A stretch of 64,000 nucleotides of DNA from Rickettsiales bacterium (GTDB lineage Bacteria; Pseudomonadota; Alphaproteobacteria; Rickettsiales; UBA1997): positions 87,529 to 151,528 of the forward strand of contig JBMSJJ010000001.1 of the NCBI GenBank assembly GCA_049418765.1, given 5' to 3'. The translations under genes were made by a program, and so were the position numbers. Within the stretch, counting starts at the first letter, position 1. Every line of letters starts with the position of its first letter. A model generated the notes under the pieces. That model made no database searches and had not been told where the DNA came from. It saw only the letters and a list, made by a program, of their open reading frames with translations. Shown here in pieces: positions 55,777-64,000 of the stretch.

Positions 55777-57810
55777 TTATAATTGCAAAATTTGTTTTAA
55801 AAAATTTAGCGCATCAGGAATTTTGTTGACCAAAACTCCGGCTCCCATCGCCAAATCTTTTTTGCCACCTCCACCCTTGCCACCAATAATTTCAGTGATT
55901 TGTGGTAAAATTTTGCTAGCATCAAATTTATTAGTTAAGTCGTTAGAAATCGCTAAACAAACTGCAACCTTATCATCGATAATGCCAAAAAAAACTAAAA
56001 TTTGGGATTTAGAAAATTGTTGCGATTTTTGTGCATGTATCATGATTTCTCGGAGGTCTTTGCTGTCGGTTTCTTTGAAAATATGATGAGAAAAATTGAT
56101 ATTTTTTATGTTTTCGGTTTGTATTTTTTGTAAATTTTGGCTCCAAATTTCTTGTTTTAAACGCAAAATTTCCTTATCTTTTTCCTTAATATTTTGTAAA
56201 AAATCAATTCCGATTTGGGTAGTCTTTTCTAGGGCTTGATTTAGGTTTTGACTTTGACTTTTATTGATAATTTTTGGAGTATTTTCGTTAAGAAAATAAC
56301 TTAAATCATCATAGCCAACTTTGTTTGATAAAAACTCGTTTTCAGCAATTTTTACCTCGTCAAATTGTTGCTTTACTTTAAGAGAGTTTAATAAGGCGTA
56401 GAATTTTTGTTCTTGGAGTTTTAAATGTTGAAGTGCGTAAAAACCTGATTTGGCAGTAATTCGACGAACTCCAGATGCCACTCCATTTTCGGAAATAATT
56501 TTAAAAATTCCAATATTACCAGTATTTTCAACATGAGTTCCGCCACATAATTCAATCGAAGGTCCCATGGCAACAACTCGTACGATATCGTCATATTTTT
56601 CGCCAAAAAGAGCCTCAGCACCAGAATTTCTTGCCTCATCAATTGGCATTTCATTGGTGTGAATTTTTGAATTTTGACGAATGTAAAAATTGACCAACTC
56701 TTCAACCTGTTCAATTTCTTCATTTGACATCGCACGATTTAAATTAAAATCGAAAGTAAGTTGTTTGGCATCAACATTTGAGCCTTTTTGTGAAATGGAA
56801 TTGCCCAAAACTTCTTTCAAAGCCTTATGTAAAAGGTGAGTTGCCGAGTGATTTTGTGCCCGAAATTGGCGGTGGCGATTATTGACTATGGCAATAACCT
56901 CATCACCGATTGATAGATTGCCTTTAAAATCGGCAACGAAATGCACAAAAAGATTTCCAGCAAATTTTTTAGTTTCCAAAATATCGACAAAATTTTCGAT
57001 GTTATTATAGTCAATTGGTTTATTTTCTTGATAATTTGTTGAAATAAATAAGTTACCATCATCGCCCTTTTGACCACCTGAAGTTGCATAAAATGGGGTT
57101 TGGTCAAGAATTATAAAAATTAAATCACCAGCCTTTTTTTCGATTAAATTTAAATTCGATACCTCTTTTAGATTATGAAAAATTCCTAAAATTTTTGCTT
57201 TGGCTTTAGTGGTTTGGTGATATAAAAATTTAGTTTCACCAAATTTTTCTTTGAGTGTAAAAAAGATTTTGTCATCAGCAATTTCTCCACTTCCAGCCCA
57301 GCTTTGGCGAGCTCTTTGGCGTTGATTTTCCATTTCTGATTCAAATTTATCCAGATCAATTTCTAAATTATTTTCGCTACAAATATTTTGTGTTAAATCA
57401 AGTGGAAAGCCAAAAGTATCGTAGAGTTTAAAGGCAATTTCTCCTGATAATTTTTGTTTTGAATTATTTGAATTTTTGATTTTGGCAATTTCTTCATCTA
57501 AAATTTTTAAGCCATTTTCGAGGGTCTCACGAAATTTTTCTTCTTCAGTTTTTAAAGTTTCAATAATTACATTTTTAGCTCTAGATAATTCGGAGAAATT
57601 CCCGCCCATTTCAGTAATTAAAGCTTCAACTAATTGATGCAAAATTAAATTTTTTGCTCCCAATTTATGAATTTGACGAACACTTCTGCGAATGATTCTG
57701 CGAAGCACATAACCCCGCCCTTCATTGCTTGGTAAAATTCCGTCAGCGATTAGAAAACAGCTCGAACGCAAATGGTCGGCGATGATTTTATATTCAGTTT
57801 TTAAAGACAT
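55777..57810 (-). CDS. alaS: alanyl-tRNA synthetase fragment: tRNA-recognition, editing and C-Ala domains, lacking the N-terminal class II catalytic core
   Basis: 677 aa beginning MSLKTEYKIIADHLRSSCFLIADGILPSNEGRGYVLRRIIRR. By my recollection of the E. coli sequence this corresponds to roughly residue 260-270 of E. coli AlaRS. Editing motifs HSATHLLHKAL and CGGTHV are present, as is a C-terminal GGGKKDLAMG. An in-frame TAA lies two codons upstream of the ATG. Confidence 0.9.
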   Translation of the reverse strand: MSLKTEYKIIADHLRSSCFLIADGILPSNEGRGYVLRRIIRRSVRQIHKLGAKNLILHQLVEALITEMGGNFSELSRAKNVIIETLKTEEEKFRETLENGLKILDEEIAKIKNSNNSKQKLSGEIAFKLYDTFGFPLDLTQNICSENNLEIDLDKFESEMENQRQRARQSWAGSGEIADDKIFFTLKEKFGETKFLYHQTTKAKAKILGIFHNLKEVSNLNLIEKKAGDLIFIILDQTPFYATSGGQKGDDGNLFISTNYQENKPIDYNNIENFVDILETKKFAGNLFVHFVADFKGNLSIGDEVIAIVNNRHRQFRAQNHSATHLLHKALKEVLGNSISQKGSNVDAKQLTFDFNLNRAMSNEEIEQVEELVNFYIRQNSKIHTNEMPIDEARNSGAEALFGEKYDDIVRVVAMGPSIELCGGTHVENTGNIGIFKIISENGVASGVRRITAKSGFYALQHLKLQEQKFYALLNSLKVKQQFDEVKIAENEFLSNKVGYDDLSYFLNENTPKIINKSQSQNLNQALEKTTQIGIDFLQNIKEKDKEILRLKQEIWSQNLQKIQTENIKNINFSHHIFKETDSKDLREIMIHAQKSQQFSKSQILVFFGIIDDKVAVCLAISNDLTNKFDASKILPQITEIIGGKGGGGKKDLAMGAGVLVNKIPDALNFLKQILQL

Positions 57811-58708
57811 TTTTTAGAATTTTGTTTAAACTATTTTTATTCACAAATTCAATCGAAATTGCAACAATTATTAAAATTAAACCAAAGGTTCCAAAAATTG
57901 TAAAGGTAAAATTTTCTAAAAATGATGAAACAATTAAAGCAATTGTTGGATAGATTAAAGCTGTGTAGTTAGCGCGAACGGTGCCAATTTTTTGAATTAA
58001 ATAATATAAACATAAAAAAGCGATAATTGAAGAAAAGAATATTTGATAAAGCAAAGAATAAACAAATTTTGGCGAATAATCGAACTCAAAATTATGTTGC
58101 AAAATTAGATTTAAGATTAGTAAAAATATAGAGCTAAAACCTGAATAAAAAGCAATTGCGGTGAATAAAGGGGTGTGATTTTGGTTGCGGTTTTTTTCTA
58201 CCAAAAAATTGCCAAAGGAAAATACAATCATCATAAAAATTCCAAGTATAAATCCTAAAATTTTTTGACTGGTTGGTGAATTGTCAAATTGCAAGAATGG
58301 ACCGATAAAAAATACTAATCCAATAGTGCCGATAGTGCTACTTATGATAATTTTTTTCTGAATTTTTTTGCCGTCAAAAATCGCTTTAAAAATTTCGGAA
58401 GTGATGATGGTAAGACTAAAAATTACTGCAATCATTCCGCTTGGAATGAACTTACTGGCGTGATAGCCGATAATAAAATTCAAGAAAAAATTGCAAAAAG
58501 CGATACTGAGAAAATATTTATATTCTGTTTTGAAGGGTAAAATTCTTTTTTTGGTTACAATGCAAAGAAAAAACATGATCAAAGAAACGGGAAGGAAGCG
58601 ATATAGCAATGAAATTTCAGGTGGTAAAAATGATTGCACTTGAAATTTCATGGCGATCCAGCTAAATCCCCAAGCTAGGCACATTCCAATGAAGGCGAGT
58701 AGCGTCAT
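57794..58708 (-). CDS. DMT-superfamily (EamA-like) transporter
   Basis: 304 aa with about 10 TM helices and an EamA-like start LAFIGMCLAWGFSWIAMK. The 3' end overlaps the alaS-fragment start by 17 nt. Confidence 0.75.
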   Translation of the reverse strand: MTLLAFIGMCLAWGFSWIAMKFQVQSFLPPEISLLYRFLPVSLIMFFLCIVTKKRILPFKTEYKYFLSIAFCNFFLNFIIGYHASKFIPSGMIAVIFSLTIITSEIFKAIFDGKKIQKKIIISSTIGTIGLVFFIGPFLQFDNSPTSQKILGFILGIFMMIVFSFGNFLVEKNRNQNHTPLFTAIAFYSGFSSIFLLILNLILQHNFEFDYSPKFVYSLLYQIFFSSIIAFLCLYYLIQKIGTVRANYTALIYPTIALIVSSFLENFTFTIFGTFGLILIIVAISIEFVNKNSLNKILKNVFKN

Positions 58709-58709
58709 T

Positions 58710-60449
58710 TTAGTGAATCATTAAAATATTAATTTCCAAAGCGGGGCGTTTGCCCATAAAGTCTTCAAAGATTTTTAAAAGTCTTGATCGCAACGACTTT
58801 TCGATTTCTGCAAGAATTTTAGTTTCAGTAATTTTCTTTTTCTTTTTCTTAAGAAAATTAATACCAAAACTATCATTTAAATTAAGTTCACGAGCTTTAT
58901 TGCGAATAAAAATTTCAATTTCCTTATGAATTATATCTTCGGCTTCGCGGTCGCTTTTGAAATCATAGGATCCAACTGCGTTCATTATAATTTTAGAATG
59001 TATTTTTAAGTTGTTATTTACTGCAAAACTAATAACAACAATCCCAGCTTCTTGCAATTTTTTTCTTTCACGAATAATATCGCTTTTTAAATCCAGTAAT
59101 TGCTTGCCATCAACCCCAATATAGCCAGTTTTGACAAAGCCAATCTTGTCGGATGAAATAATGTTATTCTTATCAATTTTAATGGCTAAACCATTTTCGA
59201 TTTGAATAGTTTTTTCAACCCCACATTCTTTGGCAAGTTCGCAATGAGTTTTGGTATGAATAAATTCGCCATGAACTGGAATAGCGAGTTTTGGGCGGGC
59301 GATGGCATAAAGCTCCCGCAATTCTTCTTTAGATGGATGTCCAGAGACATGCACAAAATGGTCTTTTTCGGTCATTACATCGATTTGTTTTTTGGCGAGC
59401 AAATCGAATAACTCGAAAATTTTTTTCTCATTACCTGGAATAATTTTTGATGAGAAAATCATCAAATCACCTTTTGTAAAATGAATAGTTGGGTGAGTGT
59501 TCGAAGCAATTTTTCTAGTTCCTGCCATTGGCTCACCTTGGCAACCTGTTGAAATAATCAATATTTCTCTTTTGTCATAAAATTTTATTTCACGGTCTGA
59601 AATAAATTCAAAATTATCGAGTAAATATCCGCTTTTTTTAGCTACATCTAACAATCTGTGTAATGAAAATCCAACCAATACTACCTTCCTTCCAACTTCT
59701 TTAGCAATTGAGGCGATAGTGTGAATTCGAGCAATATTTGAAGCAAAGGTTGTGACGCCAACATAGCCAGAGCGGTTGATAATTAGGCTTTTAAGTGAAT
59801 TGTGTAAATCGCCCTCCGATTTAGAGTGTCCTTCATTTATGGCATTTGTTGAATCGCAAACTACGACATCAATTTCTCTATTATCGCCATATTTTTTAAT
59901 TTTTTCAATTTCACTAATTTCTCCAACAACTGGAGTGTGGTCAAGCTTCCAATCCCCTGTATGCAAAACATTGCCTTTTGGAGTTTTGATTAGAAGTGCT
60001 TTCATTTCAGGAACTGAGTGAGTAAGTCCGATAAATTCGATTTCAAATGGATGAAGTTTTAAAGGCTTGGAGTCGTCAATTATGTTGATTGGAACCAACT
60101 TATCAAGCTTGAATTCTGCTAATTTACTTTTCAAAAAATTAGCACCAAAATTTGTGGCAAAAACTGGAACTTCAAGTTCGCGCCATAAATATTGTACTGC
60201 CCCCATATGATCTTCATGGATATGGGTCAGGATAATTGCTAGTAAATTATGACGATTTTGTTTGATGAAAGATATGTCGGGAGTCATCATATCGATCCCT
60301 GGAGTATTGTAAGCGAAGCCAACACCGCAATCAATCATAATCCATTTGCCATCTAAATGGTATAAATTTAGATTCATGCCAATTTCATTGGCTCCGCCTA
60401 AAGGTAAGAAAATCAGGTCTTCACGATGTTTTTTTAAATTTAAATCCAT
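58710..60449 (-). CDS. rnj: ribonuclease J (metallo-beta-lactamase/beta-CASP)
   Basis: 579 aa with LTHIHEDHMGA (HxHxDH), TGDWKLD, DSTN and HVSGH motifs. Confidence 0.9.
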   Translation of the reverse strand: MDLNLKKHREDLIFLPLGGANEIGMNLNLYHLDGKWIMIDCGVGFAYNTPGIDMMTPDISFIKQNRHNLLAIILTHIHEDHMGAVQYLWRELEVPVFATNFGANFLKSKLAEFKLDKLVPINIIDDSKPLKLHPFEIEFIGLTHSVPEMKALLIKTPKGNVLHTGDWKLDHTPVVGEISEIEKIKKYGDNREIDVVVCDSTNAINEGHSKSEGDLHNSLKSLIINRSGYVGVTTFASNIARIHTIASIAKEVGRKVVLVGFSLHRLLDVAKKSGYLLDNFEFISDREIKFYDKREILIISTGCQGEPMAGTRKIASNTHPTIHFTKGDLMIFSSKIIPGNEKKIFELFDLLAKKQIDVMTEKDHFVHVSGHPSKEELRELYAIARPKLAIPVHGEFIHTKTHCELAKECGVEKTIQIENGLAIKIDKNNIISSDKIGFVKTGYIGVDGKQLLDLKSDIIRERKKLQEAGIVVISFAVNNNLKIHSKIIMNAVGSYDFKSDREAEDIIHKEIEIFIRNKARELNLNDSFGINFLKKKKKKITETKILAEIEKSLRSRLLKIFEDFMGKRPALEINILMIH

Positions 60450-60460
60450 TTTATTTTATG

Positions 60461-61954
60461 TTAATATTTCAAAAATCTTTCAACCGAATTTTCTAGGGTA
60501 TCAAATCTTTGGTTGCCAACTTGCAATACAGCTAAGTTTCGTTGCACGGCGCCATTTGGTAAAAATCTAAAGATGCCGTCAATTCCAGTGAAGTTGTTAT
60601 TATATTTATCACTAAAATCAGTAAAGTCTTTAAAATCAATCCTTAGATTTTTTTTGTCTTGTGCAATAATTGCTATAGCAGTAGTAAAATCATAGGCTAA
60701 TGACGCGATTCTTGGTGGATATTTACCAAAAGAGTCGTAGTAATTTTTTATAAAAACTTGAAATTTTTCAGGTTCAGGAGCGGGGAACCAGCCACCTAAA
60801 AGATTAATGTCTTTTAAGGTAGATGGGTCGTCCCATTGCGAAGAACCAATTAATTGAAACTGCCTTTCGTCTTTATTTAAATTAACAATTGAACTGGCAA
60901 TTTTTGATAAAATTTTTCCAGATTCTGGAATGTAAATAACTTGTGGATAAATGCGATCATAATCTCCAAGATATGAAGTATCGCGATTTCTGGATTTAGT
61001 TGGAACCCCAAAAGAGTTAATAACTCTGCTAACTGCGCGGTCAATATCTTGGTTGCTAGTTTCATAAAACTCGGAAGTAATAAAGTTGCCATCACGAGCG
61101 CGAACAAATTTTTTGAGATAATCTGTTGAAATTTTACCATAGGAATTATTTGGAGCTAAAATCGCAAAATTAAATTTACCCTTATCCATGGCAAAATTAA
61201 CAATTCTATCAATTTGAGTTTCTGGTAAAATTCCACCAACAAAAACTCCGCCATAGCTGGTAGTTTTGTTAAGTAATTCAAAATTATTTGAGAGTGAAAT
61301 TACGGAGATATCATTGTCTCGAGCTAATTTTTCTATGGCAAAAGTGTTGTTGCTAAATATTGGTCCAATTACAACTTTGATGTTGCGGTCGATAATTTCT
61401 TTGAAAGCTTTTTGGTTATCTTGGATTGATTCTTTGGAATCAAATAAAATAAGTTCAATTTTGTTATTAATGTCATTTTCAAAAAGCGCTAAGGTGGCAG
61501 CATTAAAGATGCTCCAGCCTAAATCCTTATATTTGCCTGTGAAAGGTAAAAACAAGGCGACAGGGATTTTGCGATGATATTGTTTTGGAATTTGTAAATC
61601 AGAAATCTCTAGATTTTTTGCGGTATCCGACTTTAATAATTGAGCTTCTTGTTCGCTTAAATAAGGGTTTTGCGATGGAGAAACAACTGATGAATTTTGA
61701 TCTTGTGAATTAATAAAGTTTTGATTTGGATTAGAAAAAACTACTTCGGGTTGCCTTTTTTCTTCTTGAAATTTTTGTTGGTTAATATTTTTTTTAGAAT
61801 TAAAATTATTTTCATTATTGATAATTTCGTCAGTAACAATAGTTTTTGATATATATTCCTGAGAATTTTCATCAAAGCTTTGTTTAAATTTTAAATCTTG
61901 TGGGTTACAAGCGGTTAAAAACCCAAACAACACAATAAAAAATATATTTTTCAT
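60461..61954 (-). CDS. lipoprotein with a periplasmic-binding-protein type 1 fold, LpoA/LppC-like (penicillin-binding protein activator)
   Basis: 497 aa with lipobox LTAC|N, a Q/N-rich linker, then a Leu/Ile/Val-binding-protein-like domain (VALFLPFTGKY.., VVIGPIFS). Divergent from rsmI-yraN, the arrangement seen for lpoA (yraM)-rsmI (yraL)-yraN in E. coli. Confidence 0.6.
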   Translation of the reverse strand: MKNIFFIVLFGFLTACNPQDLKFKQSFDENSQEYISKTIVTDEIINNENNFNSKKNINQQKFQEEKRQPEVVFSNPNQNFINSQDQNSSVVSPSQNPYLSEQEAQLLKSDTAKNLEISDLQIPKQYHRKIPVALFLPFTGKYKDLGWSIFNAATLALFENDINNKIELILFDSKESIQDNQKAFKEIIDRNIKVVIGPIFSNNTFAIEKLARDNDISVISLSNNFELLNKTTSYGGVFVGGILPETQIDRIVNFAMDKGKFNFAILAPNNSYGKISTDYLKKFVRARDGNFITSEFYETSNQDIDRAVSRVINSFGVPTKSRNRDTSYLGDYDRIYPQVIYIPESGKILSKIASSIVNLNKDERQFQLIGSSQWDDPSTLKDINLLGGWFPAPEPEKFQVFIKNYYDSFGKYPPRIASLAYDFTTAIAIIAQDKKNLRIDFKDFTDFSDKYNNNFTGIDGIFRFLPNGAVQRNLAVLQVGNQRFDTLENSVERFLKY

Positions 61955-61968
61955 AAATATTTAATTAA

Positions 61969-62841
61969 ATGATAAACCAAATTTCAAATATAAAATTTCC
62001 TCAAGTCGAAAATGCCCTTTATGTTGTTGCCACGCCAATTGGCAACCTTGCTGACATTACCTTGAGAGCGTTAAATATTTTATCTTCAGTAGATTATATT
62101 ATCTGCGAAGATACAAGAATTTCAGGAATTTTACTACATAAATTTGAAATAATAAAGAAAAAATTGCTAATATACAATGATTTTAGTGATAATTTATGTA
62201 GAAATAAAATTCTTACGATTTTACTTGAAAAAAAATCCTTGGCATTAATCTCTGATGCTGGAACTCCTTTAATTTCTGATCCTGGATATAAATTAATCAA
62301 ATATTTACGCCAAAATTGTCAAAAAATTATAGCCATTCCCGGACCTTCATCATTGACTGCATCGATTTCGATTAGTGGAATTGCATGTGATAATTTTTTA
62401 TTTTTGGGTTTTATTGCTAGCTCCAAAAATGAAAAAATTAATCAAATAAAATCACTTTCTCCAAATTATAGTTTTATATTTTTTGAAACTTCAAATCGTT
62501 TGAGAGAAACTCTAGAAATAATCAATGAAATATTGCCTAAAAGGCTTATTTGTATAGCTAAAGAGCTTACTAAAATCCATGAAGAAATTCTGTTTGGATC
62601 TGCAATTGAAGTTTTACAAATTTTTAATGAAAATCCCGATAAAATTAAAGGTGAATTTGTGGTTATTGTAGAAAAAACTTCTAAAGACCAATTAAAATAT
62701 GAAGAAAAAGCGGTGATAAAACAAATAAAAATTTTGTATAAAAATGGTAAATCGATAAAAGATATTTCTTCGGAAATTGCTGATATTTATGGAGTCAATA
62801 AAAAGGAAATATATAAATTAGCCCTTGAAAATATCAAATAA
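61969..62841 (+). CDS. rsmI: 16S rRNA (cytidine1402-2'-O)-methyltransferase
   Basis: 290 aa with LYVVATPIGNLADITLRAL, IICEDTR and SDAGTPLISDPG (tetrapyrrole-methylase fold of RsmI). Confidence 0.9.
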   Translation: MINQISNIKFPQVENALYVVATPIGNLADITLRALNILSSVDYIICEDTRISGILLHKFEIIKKKLLIYNDFSDNLCRNKILTILLEKKSLALISDAGTPLISDPGYKLIKYLRQNCQKIIAIPGPSSLTASISISGIACDNFLFLGFIASSKNEKINQIKSLSPNYSFIFFETSNRLRETLEIINEILPKRLICIAKELTKIHEEILFGSAIEVLQIFNENPDKIKGEFVVIVEKTSKDQLKYEEKAVIKQIKILYKNGKSIKDISSEIADIYGVNKKEIYKLALENIK

Positions 62842-62843
62842 AT

Positions 62844-63215
62844 ATGTCTCGCCAAACAAAAATTCAAAAATATAAAATGGGTTTATGGGCAGAATATTTT
62901 GTAATGATTTTATTTTGGCTTAAGGGTCATAATATTTTAAAACATCGCTATAAATGTAGGTTTGGAGAAATCGATATTATTAGTAAAAAACGTCACGAAA
63001 TATATTTTTTAGAAATAAAAACTCGGAAATCAAAAAAAAATTTTGAAGAAATTATTTCCGATTCCCAAATAGCGAGAATTATAGATAGTGGCGAATATTT
63101 TTTACAAAATAATCAAAGATTTAAAAATTGTAAAATTAACTATGATTTACTTTTTTTAACGCCCACAATTTTCCCTTTTTTTAGAATCAAATATTTCAAA
63201 AATATCAATTCTTGA
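62844..63215 (+). CDS. yraN: YraN family (UPF0102) endonuclease-like protein
   Basis: 123 aa with G..AEYFV..L..KGHNILKHRYKCRFGEIDIISKK..EIYFLEIKTR, the UPF0102 signature. Confidence 0.8.
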   Translation: MSRQTKIQKYKMGLWAEYFVMILFWLKGHNILKHRYKCRFGEIDIISKKRHEIYFLEIKTRKSKKNFEEIISDSQIARIIDSGEYFLQNNQRFKNCKINYDLLFLTPTIFPFFRIKYFKNINS

Positions 63216-63289
63216 AATTAATAATTGAAAAAATTATAATAATAAAAATTTTTTTAACAAAACTAATATTAACAACCTTAATTTTTATC

Positions 63290-63850
63290 GTGAAACCATC
63301 AAATATCAATAATAACAACAACAATAACAACAATATTCAAATTAATAATAATTTATTTAGAATTAATGAACAAATCAAAGCAAAAGAAGTAAGAGTTATC
63401 GACTCTCGGGGTCAAATGATTGGTATAATGTCAATTTCTGATGGAATAAAAAAAGCCCAAGAACAAGATTTGGACTTAATCGAGGTCTCTCCAAATGCGG
63501 TTCCGCCAGTTTGTAAAATATCAAATTTTGGCAAGATGAAATATGAAATTCAAAAAAAAGCTGCTGATGCCAAAAAGAAACAAAAAGTTGTTGAAGTTAA
63601 AGAGATAAAAATGACCATCAATATTGGTAAGGGCGATTTTGATACTAAAATTCGTCATACTAAAGAATTTATCGATAAGGGTAATAAAGTAAAAATCAGC
63701 ATCAAAATGAAAGGTCGTGAAATCACTCACCGTGATTTAGCGGAAAAAATGATGTCAGAAATTATGGATATTACCTCAAGTTTTGCCAAGGCTGAGCTAG
63801 AGCCAAGACTTGAAGGAATGCAAATGGTTACTATATTAATCAAAAAATAA
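63290..63850 (+). CDS. infC: translation initiation factor IF-3 (start codon uncertain)
   Basis: INEQIKAKEVRVIDSRGQMIG..DLDLIEVSPNAVPPVCKI..KEIKM.. are canonical IF-3 N- and C-domain motifs. Candidate starts in frame are TTG 63212 (gives a non-IF3-like hydrophobic leader), GTG 63290 and ATT 63335. There is no in-frame ATG upstream of the conserved core. Confidence 0.85.
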   Translation: MKPSNINNNNNNNNNIQINNNLFRINEQIKAKEVRVIDSRGQMIGIMSISDGIKKAQEQDLDLIEVSPNAVPPVCKISNFGKMKYEIQKKAADAKKKQKVVEVKEIKMTINIGKGDFDTKIRHTKEFIDKGNKVKISIKMKGREITHRDLAEKMMSEIMDITSSFAKAELEPRLEGMQMVTILIKK

Positions 63851-63854
63851 ATTT

Positions 63855-64000
63855 ATGCAAAATCTAATCAAACAAGTTTTAGAATTCTCCAAAAAAACTA
63901 AAATTAACGATTTAAATCAAGATAATTTTCAAAATTTTATTCAGGAATTTTATATTGAAAATAAATTGGTTGATTTTGAAAATTATAATACCGAATCGCT
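63855..64000 (+). CDS. hypothetical protein, 5' partial (runs off window end)
   Basis: The ATG at 63855, 4 nt after the infC stop, opens a frame (MQNLIKQVLEFSKKTKINDLNQDNFQNFIQEFYIENKLVDFENYNTES..) with no stop to the window end. No family recognisable from 48 residues. Confidence 0.3.
   Translation, partial: MQNLIKQVLEFSKKTKINDLNQDNFQNFIQEFYIENKLVDFENYNTES

Overview
This is a compact, very AT-rich bacterial chromosomal window (about 30% G+C by eye, not computed). I support roughly 58 protein-coding genes, most of them abutting or overlapping. Most are housekeeping: cmk, purH, rpsB-tsf, leuC, ispB, cca, lpxI, obg, lysA, rimM, purD, phoU, lipA, degP-hflC-hflK, mrp, leuS, glmM, rnj, rsmI-yraN-infC. 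The hflK-hflC-htrA-mrp block, LpxI, an IalB-like protein, an autotransporter and an LRR protein suggest a Rickettsiales/Holosporales-like intracellular alphaproteobacterium; this is inference only. I saw no rRNA, tRNA, CRISPR array, transposase or integrase. TGA is used as a stop codon. The best candidate for something new is 45.2-51.2 kb. It holds a FadL-type outer-membrane channel and a 620-bp dyad-rich intergenic region. These are followed by a hotdog-thioesterase-like/carboxyl-methyltransferase fusion, and 15 nt later a polytopic hybrid histidine kinase (HK-REC-REC-HPt). This resembles the logic of Phc-type fatty-acid-methyl-ester signalling. Other notable points:
- An alaS ORF lacks the whole catalytic core.
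- carB ends exactly at the half-molecule domain boundary.
- An EptA-like transferase is translationally coupled to a membrane-anchored Cys-based (CX5R) phosphatase.
- A G/P/S/T/C-rich mini-ORF abuts glmM and is interrupted by an in-frame TGA.
- An LRR protein has a TTG start and coding-like sequence beyond its stop.
- A hypothetical protein carries a 21-bp tandem repeat.
All functional calls come from motif recognition by eye. No database search was run.
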